Positions 48,564 to 62,767 of a stretch of DNA of 64,000 nt are shown one piece after another (the first letter of the stretch is position 1; each line of letters begins with the position of its first letter). Made by a program: the position numbers and the translations under genes. Source of the DNA: Mobula hypostoma (lineage: Eukaryota); the NCBI RefSeq assembly GCF_963921235.1, contig NC_086097.1:121522001-121586000 (forward strand), written 5' to 3'. The notes under the pieces are model-generated. The model ran no database searches and was not told the DNA's origin. It saw only the letters and a program-made list of their open reading frames with translations.

Positions 48564-49135
48564 CAGTCATTGGCCATTTTATTAGGTACACCTCTACACC
48601 TGCTCGTTAAAGCAAATATTTGCTCAGCCAATCATGTGTTAGCACCTCAGTGCATAAAAGCATGCAGACATGGTCCAGAAGTTCAGTTGTTGTTCACACT
48701 GATCATCAGAATGGGGAATAAATGTGATCTAAGTGACTTTGACTTTGAAATGATTGATGGTGCCAGACAAGGTGGTTTGAGTATCTGAGAAACTGCTGAA
48801 TTCGTGGGATTTTCACAGACAACAGTTTTCGAGTTTGCAGAGCATGGTATGGAAAAACAAAAAAACAAAAAATCCATTGAGCTGCTGTTCTGTAGGCGAA
48901 AGCACCTTACTGATGAGAGATGTCAGAGGAGAATGGCCAGACTGGTTCAAGTTACCAGGAAGGTGACAGTAACTCAAATAATCACACAGTGGTGTGCAGA
49001 AGATCATACCATATCTGAATGCACAGCACATCAAACCTTGAAGTGGGTGGGCTACAGTAGCAGAAGTCTATGAACATACACTCAATGGCCACTTCATTAG
49101 GTATAGAAGGTTCCTGATAAAATGGCCACTGAATG
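48564..49135 (+). mobile_element. Non-autonomous Tc1-like element, third copy of the 5741-6298 family
   Basis: TIR-like ends; MGNKCDLSDFDFEMIDGARQGGLSI and QRRMARLVQVTRKVTVTQI remnants. Confidence 0.8.
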
Positions 49136-51434
49136 TATATCTAGTTATAAAATTCAACAAGGCACTTTCTGTTATGACCCCAATGGGATTTTCACATTAG
49201 CAATACACATTGTACCATAGAGAGAAGTAGCCTGGAAAAGGGCCCTGTAGCCCATCGGCCCTCTGCTATCAACCATGCATTTTACATTAATGCTCAATTA
49301 ATCCCATGTTTAGTCTCCACAATCTCATCAATTCCCCCCTCCCCAACATTCTGCCACTCACCTACATGCAATGGACATTTTAAAAGGTCATTCATTTTAG
49401 CAACCCATATATCCTTGCGATATAGGTGAATAAACTGGAGTACCTGTGAGAAATTCACATGGTTGCAGGGAGAATGTGCAAAAATAATGCAGATATACCA
49501 GTTTGGTCCTGATCTGGGAGGTATCTGGTGCTGTATGAAATAGCTTCTCGTATCATGCTGCATTAAGAGCTTTGTAGGGAGACTTAGACAGTGTTGTCCG
49601 GGAATGCCTATTTTGGGAGGATAGGGTGATAATTCCACTGCTCTAGCTAAGGAGACGAGGTAAATTAAGGACTCCCAGAGACCTTAGCAACCATGTCTCT
49701 CACTTACCTACAAGTAAACATCTGTTCAATTGCTTTCCTGACTTTCATCTGCTGCCCAATACCCACCTGCTTTATGCCTCGACCCCTCCCTTGCCCTTTA
49801 CCCCAATCCCCCTTGCCCCACCCTTCTCTAATCCTGCCCCATACCCCTTCTGCCCTCTCCACCAGTCCTCTTCTCCCCCCTTCAGTTCAACAATGTTTCC
49901 CCTCCTTTGATTATTGCCATATCTGACCATAAGAAGGATCTCAGTCACATGGCGTTGAATTCCTGAATGCAACCAAATTTAAGAAGGATGCTTCACATAC
50001 TCATTTGGTAGAATTTCAGAATTTTGTCAAAAATGCTATCTACAATGAGTAATTCATCCCCTGACTTTTAGTCTGTTGTGTTCTGAAGATCACAACCCTG
50101 TACTTCTAGATGGATAGAGTTTGCACTGTAATTCAGGGAGCAGTATTTCGGCCACAGAGAAAAGAGAGATAGGTACTTTATTGATCTCAAAGGAAATTAC
50201 AGTGTCACAGTAGCATTACAAGTACACAGATATCAATATTAGAAGAGAAGTAGAAAGAATAAAAATATGTTACCACGAACAGGAGGTGGTTGAGGAGAAT
50301 AATTCCACTTTGTGCAGAAAGTGGAGAGACCCTTCCGTAGTTACAACAGCTGCCTTTCTCAACAGTGGTCACATTTATTTTATCTCTGAGGTCCAATGTC
50401 CATTGGCATATTGAACACTTGAAACTCAATTCTTTTTCTCTCTCCACAGAGAATTGCTTGATGTTCTAGCTATTTCATGGAATGGTACAGCACACTGCAG
50501 GTTCTTTTGCCCAAGATGATTGCTTACATTTTCAGTTTCTATTCCTTTTCCATAAACGTCAGATGAAATTGCAAAAACCCAAATAAAAAAAACTAAAAAT
50601 GCTGGGATCGCTGATAAGGTCAGCCAAGAGTCAGACCGAGTTCCTGTGATTCAGACTTAACAATTGCTTGCTCTCACTAATCCCTGATTCATTGAAAAGG
50701 GCTAGAAATAATTACTAAAACTTGGTTATAAAATGGATTTTAACAATTCTTAATATGGTGTGAAAGACTTTCGGACAATAAGATGATGCATACTGCTGGG
50801 TAACATAGACTTATACAGCACAGAAACAACCCCTTCTACTTACAATATCCATCCTGACCAGCAAATATCCATCTGCAATCTTCTCACATACAGCACTTGT
50901 TTCTTAGATTTCTATTGTTTGGCTATTTAAGTGCTCATCCAAACAATGATTAAGTATTATGGGAGTACTCATAGCCCCTACCTTAATGATGCATGGTCTT
51001 GGCTTGACCTATTAACGATACCTTCCCCCCCCACCACCCCCACAGATGACACTCAATCTACGGAGTTCTTCCAGCAGTTTGTGTTTCTGCTGTAGATTCC
51101 AGTATCTGCCGTTCCAGAGATGGGAGGATTCAGATTCACTTTCATGTTTATTTCATGTTAACACAGAGTGAAATGTTTCTGTTAACAACCAACACACCTA
51201 AAACTATGCTAGGGGCAGCCCGCAAGTGTCGCCACACATCACAAACAATAAAACAACAGCAAAACAAGTCCTTTTCTCCCTCCACACCCCTCCCATCTGC
51301 CCATACACACAGATAGTCAATTTCCAGTCATCTAATCAACCTTTGGGCTTCAATCTTCGATATCGACACTGAACTACAGCAAGCGGTGTAGTTTGCCACG
51401 CTGAGATATTGAGTAAATTTGGTAAGTTTAAAAG

Positions 51435-52140
51435 AATAAGACCATAAGACATAGGAGCAGAGTCAGGCTGTTCCATGATTCAATCATGGCTAAAGTATTA
51501 TTCCCCTAGACCCATTTCTTCTGCCTTCTCCATGTAATCTTTGATGCCCTTACTGATTAAGAACTTATCAACCTCCACTTCAAATCTACCCAGTGACTTG
51601 GCCTCCACAGCTTTTCATGGCAAAGAATTCAACAGATTCACCACCCCCTATTTAAAGAAATTCCTCCTCAAATGGTTCCGTTTATTATCAGAGAATATAT
51701 GCAATTTATAACCTGAAATACATAGGCTTCACAGACATCCATGAAAAACAAAACCCCAAAAGAATGAACAACAGAAAAACGTTAGAACACCAAAGCCCCC
51801 TCTTCCCTCCCCTGTGCAAGCAGCATCAACGCATCAACCTCCCCAATCCATTTCAGCAAAAAAAGCGTCAGCGTCCACCACCCAACAAGCAAATAGCAAA
51901 GCACCCAAGCAAAGACCATGATCTGAAGTCTGCAAATCTATTAGTTACCTAACAGTTTGGCATGCCACAGTTTCTCTCTTTCTCTCTCTCCATCTCTCTA
52001 TCTCGATCTGGAGAGAGATGTCACACACTCCTTATCTCTGTTGTAAAGGGTCATCCATCGTTGTATTCTGAGACTGTACCATCTCGTCCTAGACTAACCC
52101 ACTATAGGAAACATTTTCTTCACAATCACTCTATCTAGTG
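51435..52140 (-). mobile_element. CR1 3'-end fragment interrupted by an unclassified insert (about 51671-52028)
   Basis: CR1 tail and gaattcaacagattcaccacc; resumes at cttatctctgttgtaaaggg. Confidence 0.6.
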
Positions 52141-52516
52141 CTGGTGAAAGAAAACCAGAATAATCCAATGTCATTGCACAAGATGGGAGCAGTGATTGGT
52201 GAATGGCAAGGTCGACATTAGAATTGCAGTTAAGACAATTAAAATACCACACACATCTCCAATCCATTGCCTGGGCGGGGTCATTGTTATTTTATGGTTA
52301 TTGCTTTAAGTCCATGTAAGGGATTTCAGTGCATATAGATCAGGTTCATACTGTGAAAGATAGCGCCATTAATTGATGAGTCTTTGTGTGCAGCTGCAAA
52401 GGAAATCATCAAATATTCCTGTCTAGGATTACAACAGCTGAAATCCACAGTTGCAGCCATAGGTACTTGAGAAAGCAGCAATGTTTTAGGATGTTTAAGA
52501 AAATCTTACCAATATT

Positions 52517-53206
52517 CAATAGACAATAGATGCAGGAGTAGACCATTCGGCCCTTCGAGCCAGCACCGCCATTCACTGTGATCATGGCTGATCATCCACA
52601 ATCAGTTTCCAGTTCCTGCCTTATCCCCATAACCTTAGATTCCGCTATCTTTAAGAACTCTATCCATCTCTTTCTTGAGAGCATCCAGAGACTTGGCCTC
52701 CACAGCCTTCTGGGGCAGAACATTCCATATATCCACCACTCCCTGGGTGAAAAAGTTTTTCCTCAACTCCGTTCTAAATGGCCTACCCCTTATTCTTAAA
52801 CTGTGGCTTCTGGTTCTGGACTCAACCATCAGCGGGAACATGTTTCCTGCCTCCAGCGTGTCCAATCCCTTAATAATTTTACATGTTTCAGTAAGATCCC
52901 CTCTCAGCATTCTAAATTCTAGACTATACAAGCCCAGTCGCTCTAATCTTTCGATATATGACAGTCCCGCCATTCCGGGAATTAAGCTTGTGAACCTACA
53001 CTGCACTCCCTCAATAGCAAGAATGTCCTTCCTCAAATCTGGAGACCAAAACTGCACATAGTACTCCAGGTGTGGTCTCACCAGGGCCCTGTACAGCTGC
53101 AGAAGGACCTCTTTGCTCTTATACTCAATTCCCCTTGTTATGAAGGCCAGCATGCCATTAGCTTTCTTCACTGCCTGCTGTACTTGCATGCTTGCTTTCA
53201 GTGACT
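52517..53206 (-). mobile_element. CR1 LINE 3' fragment
   Basis: ORF 52635..53189 (LYRALVRPHLEY.VQFWSP...RTRSHSL). Confidence 0.9.
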
Positions 53207-53249
53207 TTCAAAATCAACAAATGTCAAATGGCAGCCTTTGGTTGCGAAT

Positions 53250-55700
53250 GCCATTTTCCTTTAAGAAAATGGAAACACGGCTGCTGCCCCAGTCTACAGG
53301 TATGACTGAAATGCAGAAGACTGAGACTTCCACTCTCAACTATCCTGCCAGCGAATGTGCGGTCCCTGGGAAATAAAATTGAAGCCCTCAGAGCAAGATT
53401 GCTGTACCAAAGGGACGTTAGGAACTTCTGTGTGCTTTGCTTTTCGGAAAGATGAGCTCACACTGACAATTTCAGATGCAGCACTGCTGAAGTCTCAGAA
53501 TTTCACCATTCTCCGCATAGACAGGACAACTGAGTCTTTTAAAGGCAGAGGGGATGGAGTATGCCTAAACTTAGTGGTTCTGTCTCAGCCCTGCTCACCT
53601 GACCTGGAACATCTAGCGGTCGAATATCATCCATTTTATCTGCCAAGGGAGTTTTTGACTGTCATCCTAGTAGCGGTGTACATTCCATCTCAGGACAACA
53701 TTGGGCAGGTACTGGAGGAGTTGAGCAACGTAATCAGCAGGCACGAAACAACACACCCTGATGTCTCCCCATTCACTGCGGGAGATTTGAACCAGCCCAG
53801 CTTGAAGAAGTCTCTGAACGACTACCGCTAATGTATCACCTGTGGAACCAGAGGACCCAATACACTTGACCACTGTGATATCATCAGCGCGAATGCTTAC
53901 CATACCATCCCACACCCTCACTTTGGAAAGTCCGATCATCTGATTGCTCTTCTACTCCCCGTGTATAGGCAGAGACTAAAGATCACAGCATCAGTGATGA
54001 GGGCCAAGAAGGTATGGTCAAGGGAGGCAGACGTATGCTTACAGGACTGCTTTGAGTTGGTAGCTTGGACAGTATTCAGGGTTTCATCTTCAAGTCGGAA
54101 TGAGTACACCACAGTTGTCACCAACTTCTTCAAGACTTGTGTGGATGAGTGTGTATCTTCAAGAACATAGCAGGCATATCCAAACCAAAAGCCGTAGATG
54201 AACCATGAGATTCGTAGTTTACTGTGGACTGGATCTGTGGCATTCAAGACCGGTGATCCAGAACTATACAAGAAGTCCAAGTATAACCTTTAGGAGGCTA
54301 GTTTAAGTGCGAAGAAACAATTCCAGTTGAGGTTAGAGACTGAATCAGATACACATTAGCTTGGCAGGTTTTGCAGGCCATTATTTCCTACAAAACATAA
54401 CATCATGAATGGCTGTGGTGCTTCACTCTTGGATGAGCTCAACGCGTTTTATGTAAGCTTTGAAACAGAGAATAAAACCACACCTGTGCGAATCTCTGCA
54501 GCGTCTGGTGACTCTGTGATCTCTGTTTCAGAAACCGGTGTCAGAAAACTTGCAAGGCATCACGCCCTGATGGTGTACCTGCGAGGGTTCTGAAAACCTG
54601 TGTGAACCAGTTCAAGAACATCTTCAATCTCCTACTGCTGCAGTCGGAGGTTACACTTGCTTTAAAAAGGTGATGATTATACAAGTGCCGAAGAAGAACA
54701 GCATGAACTGCCTCAGAGACTCGTCCAGTGACACTTATATCAATTGTGATGAAATACTTTGAGAAGTTGGTCATGACTAGAATCAACTCCTTCCTAAGCA
54801 ACGACCTGGACCCACTGCAATTTGTCTATCATTACAATAGGTCTACAGCAGATGCAATCTTACTGGCTCTCCACTTGCTTTGGATCTTTCTAGACAATAG
54901 TATTGCCTACGTTAGGCTTTCTGTTTATTGACTACAGCTAGTGTTTAACACAATCATACCTAGTTCTAATCTACAAGCTCCAAAACCTGGTCCTGAGTAC
55001 CTTCCTCTGCAATGGGATGCTTGACTTCCACACTGAGCCCACACTGTGTGTGGAGATTGAAAATAACACCTCCTCCTCGCTAACACTCGACACACGTTAA
55101 GGATGCATGCTTAGCCCACTACTCTACTTTCTCTGCACCCACAATCCTGTGGCTAGGCACAGCTCAAATGCTGGCTATGAATTTGCTGTTGACACAAATA
55201 CTTTTCGCAGAATTTCACATGGTGATGATAAGGCATGAAGTAGCAAGATAGATCAGCTGATTGAGTGGTGTAGCAGCAACAATCTTGCACGCAATGTCAG
55301 TAAGACCCAAGAATTGATTGCAGACTTGATGAGGAAGGGGAAGTTGAGGGAACACTCACTAGTCCTCATTGAGGGATCAGAAGTGAGAAGGGTGAGCAGT
55401 TTCAAGTTCCTGGGTGTCAACATCTCTTAGGACCTATCCTGGGCCCAACATATTGATGCAGTTACAAAGGCATGACAGGACTATGAGCAGAATTGGTTAT
55501 GTCACCGAAGATATTTGCAAATATACCGTGGAGAGCATTCTAACTGGTTGCATCACCTTCTGGTATAGAGGGGCCACTGAACAGGATCAGAAAAAGCTGC
55601 AGTAAATAGTAAACTCAGTCAGCTCCATCATGGGCACTAGCCTCCGCAGCATCCAGGACACCTTCGAAAAGCGATGCCTCAGAAAGGCAGCATCCGGAAT
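53250..55700 (+). mobile_element. Rex1/Babar-clade LINE, heavily degenerate (APE+RT)
   Basis: PDLEHLAV..HPFYLPREF..VAVYIP, AGDLNQ, HFGKSDH, LQDCFE, LDPLQFVYHYNRSTADAI. Confidence 0.85.
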
Positions 55701-55789
55701 GCATGACCTGGAATATGTGGTGAGTCCTTGATGGTTGCTGCTTTCTTGTGGCCGTGCTCCTTGTAAATGTGCTCATTGATAGGCAGACT

Positions 55790-56157
55790 GTGTACCTGAA
55801 TGAGTACTGAAGATCTGTGCTAATTACTTAGCTGGATTGTTTACTGATATGTTGAAAGTCTTGTTTCAGCAGTCTGACGTACCCACATGCTTCAAGCAGG
55901 CTTCAATTATACCAGTGCCTAAGAAGACCGTGTTAACTTGCCTCAGTGATGATCGTCCAGTAGCACTATGATGATGTGCTTTGAGAACCATGTCAACTCC
56001 TGCCTGAGGAGCGACTTGGATCAGCTCTAATTTGTCTATCATCACAACGCATCAACAGCAGGGGCCATTTCATTGACTGTTCACTCAGCTGTGGAACATC
56101 TGGGCAATGAAGATGTATACATCAGGATGCTCTGTGATTACAGCTCAGCATTCAACG
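55790..56157 (+). mobile_element. Rex1-like RT fragment
   Basis: Similar to 54570-54950; ...YIRMLCDYSSAFN. Confidence 0.65.
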
Positions 56158-57790
56158 TAGCTCCTGGTCAAATTGTGTCAACTTTTGCACTGAATCTTTG
56201 TGTTGCTGAGATGGTAGGAGAGTTGAGTTGGTGGATAGTGGAGGAATTCAGGTGAGGGTCACAATTTCTGCTGGGAGTTTACCAAGGCTATCACTTCTAC
56301 TTATCACTGCCAGCAATATCTAAGTTTTCCTGTTTAAAGTAGCAATTCTTAGCCTACTTGCCACAGAAGACTACATTTGCAAGACTCCATGAACTAAAAG
56401 GCTACGGCACACGACTTGGAATGCTACAGCATATTAAACAAAATAACTTCCCATCTGTCTCAATGTCACTAAATGTACCTTTCCAGTGAATTTGTACACT
56501 TCTGCCTTTTGCAGCAAAACTGTAATTTTTCTGAAATGCAACAAAGTTATTTTTCAGTTTAACTATAATTTGATCCATTTTTCTACCTCTAACAGTTAGT
56601 TACACAATTCCATTATCACAATCTGTGGGAGATAGCTTTCACCTTTGTTAGGCAGGATATCATGCAGAACACAACTAAGTGCTGATGGAGAAGGAATTGA
56701 TGGAGCTTTGGATTCATTTCTCATTTTTTAAAAATGACAGGTTATCCTTATTCATTTTTGATAAATATATAATTTTCATTAATAGAATGGACGCCATGCT
56801 ATTTTGCATTACAATAGTGACCAGGGTTCAAAATGTAAATCTTCATATTTTATATTTCAACAATTACTAATTAATAATCAATTATTAAGGAAACATAATG
56901 CTACTGCTCATCCCTGGGGTATTATGGGACAACATTTGTGTTATTTATGTTGGATTTCTCTCTAAATGTGGGAACTTGATACAAAATCAGATGAACTGTC
57001 TCAGGAGTTGCAGTATTTTGACATTTTTTTTGTGCATAGTGGATGATTCAATAGATTTTCCAGATAACATTACAGCATGTTACAAGCGTTTTGAGCCAGA
57101 ATGTAGTGCCGACTTTTTAACCAGCTCTAAGAACAGTCTAACCATTCCCTCTTACATAGGCCTCCATTTCTCTATCATCTATGTGCCAATAAAAGAGTTT
57201 CTTAAATGCCGCTAATGTAACTGCCTCTACTGCCACCTATGGCAGAGCATTCCACCCACCTACCACTATAAAAATCGTACCTCTGACATTCCCCCTATAC
57301 TTCCTCCAATCACCTTAAAATTATGTTGATCCATATCTCTTTATCATCTTGTACACCTCTATCAGATCACCTGTCATCCTCCTTCACTCCAAGGAGATTG
57401 CTCAACCTACCATCCTAAGGCAACCCATCCTCATCATTCATGTGAGCCAAGCTGCTAGGTGTACTATCAAGGCCAGTCCCAGCTAATTTGGTTGCTAGGT
57501 TAACAGGTCATTCTTGAGACACCTGTACCTTGCGAGGGTTAGAGATTATCACCTTTGGTTTTCTTTTTAGCCCTGCGAAGTACTGTTCTGCAGAATGGAC
57601 ATTGAACATAGAAACTCAGAATTCATACTAAGGTTGGGGCCAAAGAGTTTTGGGATTTCTGAGTTCATTTAGGAGAAGTATAGCTTTAATGATGGGTGTA
57701 GCAAAATCTGGAATTGTTTATATATTTCCTATATGATGAGAAACTTTGTGAAAAAGCAACCAGAAACTAAAGGAATTACAATTCTTCATT

Positions 57791-58836
57791 TATTAGATTA
57801 GATTAGATTCAACTTTATTGTCATTGTGCCAAGTACAGATACAAAGCCAATGAAATGCAGTTAGCATCTGACCAGAAATGCAAAGAATAGTGTTATTTAC
57901 AAAATAACTGCGAATAAAAAGTAAGTGCTATAGCACACAAATATAAAAGTACTGAGACAGTACAATATGGGTGCAATACTGCTTAGCGCTGTGATGTGAG
58001 GTTCAGCAGGGTCACAGTCTCAGGGAAGAAGCTCTTCCTGTGCCTGCTGGTGCATTAGCGGAGGCTCCTGTAGTGCCTACCGGATGGGAGGAGAGTAAAA
58101 AATCCATGGTTCGGATGAGATGCATCCTTGATAATGCTTTTCACCCTGCCCAGGCAGCGTTTAAGTTAGATGTTCCCAATGGTGGGCAACTGGGTGCTGA
58201 TCCTGCTGGGCAGTTTTCACCACACGCTGGAGTGCTTTGTGGTCCGATACAGGACAATTGCCATACCACACTGAGATGCAGTTGGTGAGTATGCTCTCAA
58301 TGGTACAGCGGTAAAAGTCCGTCAGTATCCTGGAATAGAGGTGAGCTTTCTTCATGCTCCACAGGAAATAAAGGTGCTGTTGCGCCTTTTTGATCAGGAT
58401 GGAGGAGTTCAGGGACCAGGTGAGATCCTCGGAAATGTGGACACCAAGGAATTTTTAAGCTTGATACATGCTTCATTACAGCTCCATTGATGTAGATGGG
58501 GACGTGAGTGTGGCTCCTAGCATGCCTGAAGTCCACAATGGTCTCCTTGGTCTTCTGGGTGTTAAGGGCCAGGTTGTTGTTGGCACACCATACGGCCAAG
58601 TGCTGGACCTCGTCCCTATAGGCCGTCTCAGCATCCCCTCTGATCAGGCCAACCACCGTGGTGTCATCTGTGAACTTGACTATGGAGTTGGAACCATGTA
58701 CAGGAGCGCAGTCATAGGTGAAAAGGGAGTACAGAAAAGGGCTCAACACACAGCCTTGAGGCACGCTGGTGTTCAGGGTGAGCGTGGAGGAGGAGAGGTT
58801 GTCTAATTTAACTGATTTGGGTCTGTTAGGCAGAAA
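57791..58836 (-). mobile_element. Rex1/Babar-clade LINE 3' fragment
   Basis: ORF 58297..58764 (PQGCVLSPFLYSLFTYDC, KFTDDTTVVGLI, WCANNNLALNTQKTKE); AATAAA plus (AATCT)n tail. Confidence 0.88.
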
Positions 58837-58946
58837 GTGTTTCCTTTATGTGTTTTCTTTAGATTAATCAACAACATAGTTCACAGTTGCCTTTGTCTAA
58901 GGCTAAGCCATGGTAAGTAGATGTATGAGCATCCATCAATTTGTTT

Positions 58947-59165
58947 GGGTAGCATGGTAGCATAATGCTATTACATCCCCAGCGACCCCAGGTTCAATTC
59001 TGCTACTGTCTGTAAGAAGTTTGTACGTACTCCCTGTGACCGTGTGTGTTTCGTCGGGGTGTTCCGGTTTCCTCCTACATTCAAGAGACTACAGATTAGT
59101 AAATTAATTAGGCATATGGTAGCTGGGACAGAAGGTGCAGTTACCACACTGTGCCTTTAAATAAG
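58947..59165 (+). mobile_element. V-domain SINE
   Basis: ggttcaattc head plus gtttgtacgtactccctgtgaccgtgtgtgtttcgtcggggtgttccggtttcctcc core. Confidence 0.65.
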
Positions 59166-59351
59166 CTAAAACAAAAAATAATTCTGAGAATAACCAGTAT
59201 GGATTGGAAGCATCTGTGAAATAGTATGCAAGTACTTTTGTTTAGAAAATACACATGCATGTCTTTGTTTAATTTATAATCTACATATAATTCTAACCAT
59301 ACCATTGTAGTAAGGGAGTTTTTTTCAGCTTTTATTTTATATCTGTTTTAG

Positions 59352-59462
59352 GATTGGATATCCATGTGGTCTTTGGTCTATGAACGTAACAATGAGGATC
59401 ATGTAGCTCCACGATTGGACCTAGCCTGGCTAATTCCTCTGTGGGTTGACCGAGACCCTGAG
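59352..59462 (+). CDS. RTTN: Rotatin exon 9 of 9: DWISMWSLVYERNNEDHVAPRLDLAWLIPLWVDRDPE
   Basis: tgttttag acceptor, GTGTGT donor. LAWLIPLWVDRDPE motif; phase 0/0. Follows a 22,562-bp intron. Confidence 0.93.
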
Positions 59463-59847
59463 GTGTGTAAACTTTCTTGTACATGTCTATGTCTATCAAT
59501 TTCCTTTACTGTCTTATGGACTTCAATCAAGTAATGCCTGAACTCTCTACATTTTCAGAATAGATTTTTTTTCTTTGATCTCTTCTTGTGATCTAATCCT
59601 TTAAGTCCATGTATCATTCTGTTATATCAGTGCTGCAGTCCTTTTAAGATCAACCTTTTCTTTCTAAGGTAAGATACTTGCAGCATTCCTGGTGTGGCCT
59701 AACAAGGGCTTTGTACAGTAGTACAAAACATGACTTCTGTTTCTCTAGATATCAAGGCAGCATTTTTATCCTGACTATGGGTTTTTAATAGACTCCAGAG
59801 TTTCTTTAGAACAACGCTATTTGTGGCTTTTATTATTGCATCAGTAT

Positions 59848-60286
59848 CTAGTATGAAGGGGCCACAGCAAAGGATCAGAAAAAGCTGCAGCAGGTTGTAA
59901 ATTCAGCCAGCTCCTTCATGGGCACTAGCCTCCCCAACGTTGAGGGTATCTTCAAAAGGCAATGGCTCAAAAAAGGCAGCATCTATCATTAAGGATCTCC
60001 CACACTCGGACTTCTCATTACTGCCATCAAGGAGGAGGTACAGGAGCCCAAAGATACACACTCGGCATTTTAGAACAGCTTCTTCTTCCCCCACACCTCC
60101 CACCCCCATCATATTTCTGAAAAGTTGATGAAACCATGAACACTACCTCACTGTTTTTGCTCTCTTTGCATTACTTACTTAATCTTACTGTAATTGATGG
60201 TATATTTCATGCATTGCACTGTACTGCTGTTGCAAAACAATAAACTTCACGGCATGTATCAGTGGTAATAAACCTGATTCTGATTA
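59848..60286 (+). mobile_element. Rex1-like 3' fragment
   Basis: Similar to 55560-55695; ends aataaacctgattctgatt. Confidence 0.7.
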
Positions 60287-60508
60287 TTTAGAAGGTAGCA
60301 TGTTCTTTTATTTTAAAGTCGGAGTGGATGGCATCTCCTTTTCTTCCAAGGCCATTGTTTTGCCCATTCACACAAACTTTTAGAATCTCCCTTTCAACTG
60401 AATTATTCTATTCACACGCTCACCACCTTTCTTTGTGTCTTAGGGCAACTTGAATATATGACTTTCATTCCCATCAATTAAGTCATTTATAAGTAGAGCT
60501 ACAGTTCT

Positions 60509-62067
60509 TTCTTTTTCAATCTTTTTATTAATTTCAAAATATAGAGACAAAGCATAGCAATAATACAGATAGTAGGAGATATATTGTTACACTTAAAAAA
60601 AAGTAATTGTAAAATCAAATAGTGTAAATTAACAAAGCTCCCAATCATGTAGAACAACGGATAATACAAAGCAAAAAAAAACTGGGAAAAAAATCATGAA
60701 AAAGAAAAAAAACTAAGCAAAAAAGAAACAAACCTCATCCCCAAAGAAAAACAAAATTAATCAACTAAACTAAAAGACTTGGGCAAAACTAACAACTTAA
60801 AAATGGAAAAGAAGAAAACCTTAGGGTCGACGACTCCATTCCCCTCCAACAACAATACGGAGAGATAAAACAAGTTTGGAAATGATCAAATTACATCAGA
60901 TGAAAATGCTGAATGAATGGCCGCCAAGTTTTTTCAAACTTAATGGAAGGGTCATAAACTGCACTTCTAATTTTCTCCAAATTCAAACACACCATAGTTT
61001 GTGAAAACCAATGAAATACATTAGGAGGGTTAATTTCTTTCCAATTCAACAAAATGGACCTTCTAGCCATTAAAGTAAGAAATGCAATCATCCTTCGTGA
61101 TGAAGAGGTTAAATTATTTAAGTCTATCATTGGTAGTCCAAAGATAGCAGTAATTGGATGAGGTTGTAAGTCTATATTTAGGATCGTTGAAATAATATCA
61201 AAAATATCTTTTCAATATTTCTCCAACAAGGGACATGACCAAAACACGTGGGTTAAAGAAGCTATCTCGGAATGGCATGTGTCACATATTGAATTAATAT
61301 AAGAGTAATAACGAGATAGTTTATCTTTGGACATGTGAGCCCTGTGCACTACTTTAAACTGTATCAGCCTATGCTTAGCACATACAGAGGATGAATTCAC
61401 CAACTGAAGAATTTTTTCCCATTTTTCAGTCGGTATATTAATCTCAAGTTCTCTTTCCCAGTCAGCTTTAATTTTATTAGAAGCATCAGGACATAGATTC
61501 ATAATTATATTATATATAATTGCTACTACACTTTTCTGAGAGAGATTTAAATCTAAGATTTTTTCCAAAGTGTCCATTGGATATGGGTGTGGAAAATTAG
61601 GGGAGACAGAAATTAAAAAGTTTCTAATCTGTAGATATCTAAAAAAGTGAGATCTGGGTAAGTTATATTTATTAGAGAGTTGATCAAAAGACATAAAACA
61701 ATTATCCAAAAATAAATCGCGAAAAGATATTATACCTTTGGTTTTCCAATCAAAGTAAGCTTGATCCATTGTGGAAGGTTGAAAAAGAAAATTTAATATA
61801 ATGGGACTTACTAGAATAAATTGATTAAACCCAAAAAATCTTCGGAATTGAAACCATATACGTAAAGTATGCTTAGCTATTGGGTTGTTCATTTGTTTAT
61901 ATGATTTAAAAGAAATAAAAAGAAGTAAAGTTCTTAAAACCGAACCCAAGGAAAACCCTTGTAATGAATTAGATTCAAGATTTACCCAATGAGGGTTTAA
62001 AGATGCGTCCAAATCTTGTAACCAAAATTTTAAATATCGAATATTAATTGCCCAGTAGTAGAGTTCT
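60509..62067 (-). mobile_element. L1-clade LINE 3' fragment (ORF2 C-terminus plus 3' UTR)
   Basis: ORF 61212..62012 (HFFRYLQIRNF, QFKVVHRAH, CDTC....LTHVFWSCP) and 60891..61130; AATAAA plus A-rich tail; candidate TSD gc(t/g)acagttct at 60498-60508/62068-62078. Confidence 0.88.
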
Positions 62068-62767
62068 GCGACAGTTCTATTGAAGATCTTTAAAGTTGCC
62101 AGCTGTCATGATATAACAGTACAAGTATCTGCCCATTATCTCCCTTTCTCTATTTCTGGCTGCCTCCTATCCAGGTCAAAAAATTATCTTCTATTGTAGA
62201 GAACAGATTTGTTTTTCTAATAAACCAGAACAATTTATGAACTTTATTTCTCCTCTTGCATAGAGAGAGAGGTGACAATATTTGTTTCTTTCCTGCTGAA
62301 GAAAGTCATTTGCCATAAGTGTTCATTTGTGATGTTACTGAAATACAATATATTTGTTAGTTCCAGATTTGCTGTTAAGTCAGAGGATTCTGGGTGCAGT
62401 TACCAGGCTAGAAGCCTGGTCACAAAATCCAAGGTCACAACTTTCTAGTGGCATACTAATAGAATGCTTTAGAAAAACTCGTTTGTTCTTCCAGCGAGAC
62501 ACAAGTTAATTCAGGCCCCATTCAGATTGAAACAAGAGGAATTATATTGATGAATGTGGAAATGGTGGAGAAAAATCACTGTTTTGTTAGCCTTTGCAGA
62601 GAAGAACAGCAGAAGGAAGTGAGGGAGTGTGGGTGAGAAGTATTAGACATCTGGTGGGTACATTGAGTGACAGAGATCAGAGCGTGGCAGTCTGAGTAAT
62701 AGGGGGAAATCAAGAAGTGTCAGTGAGTGTAAGGTGAGGGAGAATCAGAGAGTGTGTAAGTGATAAC

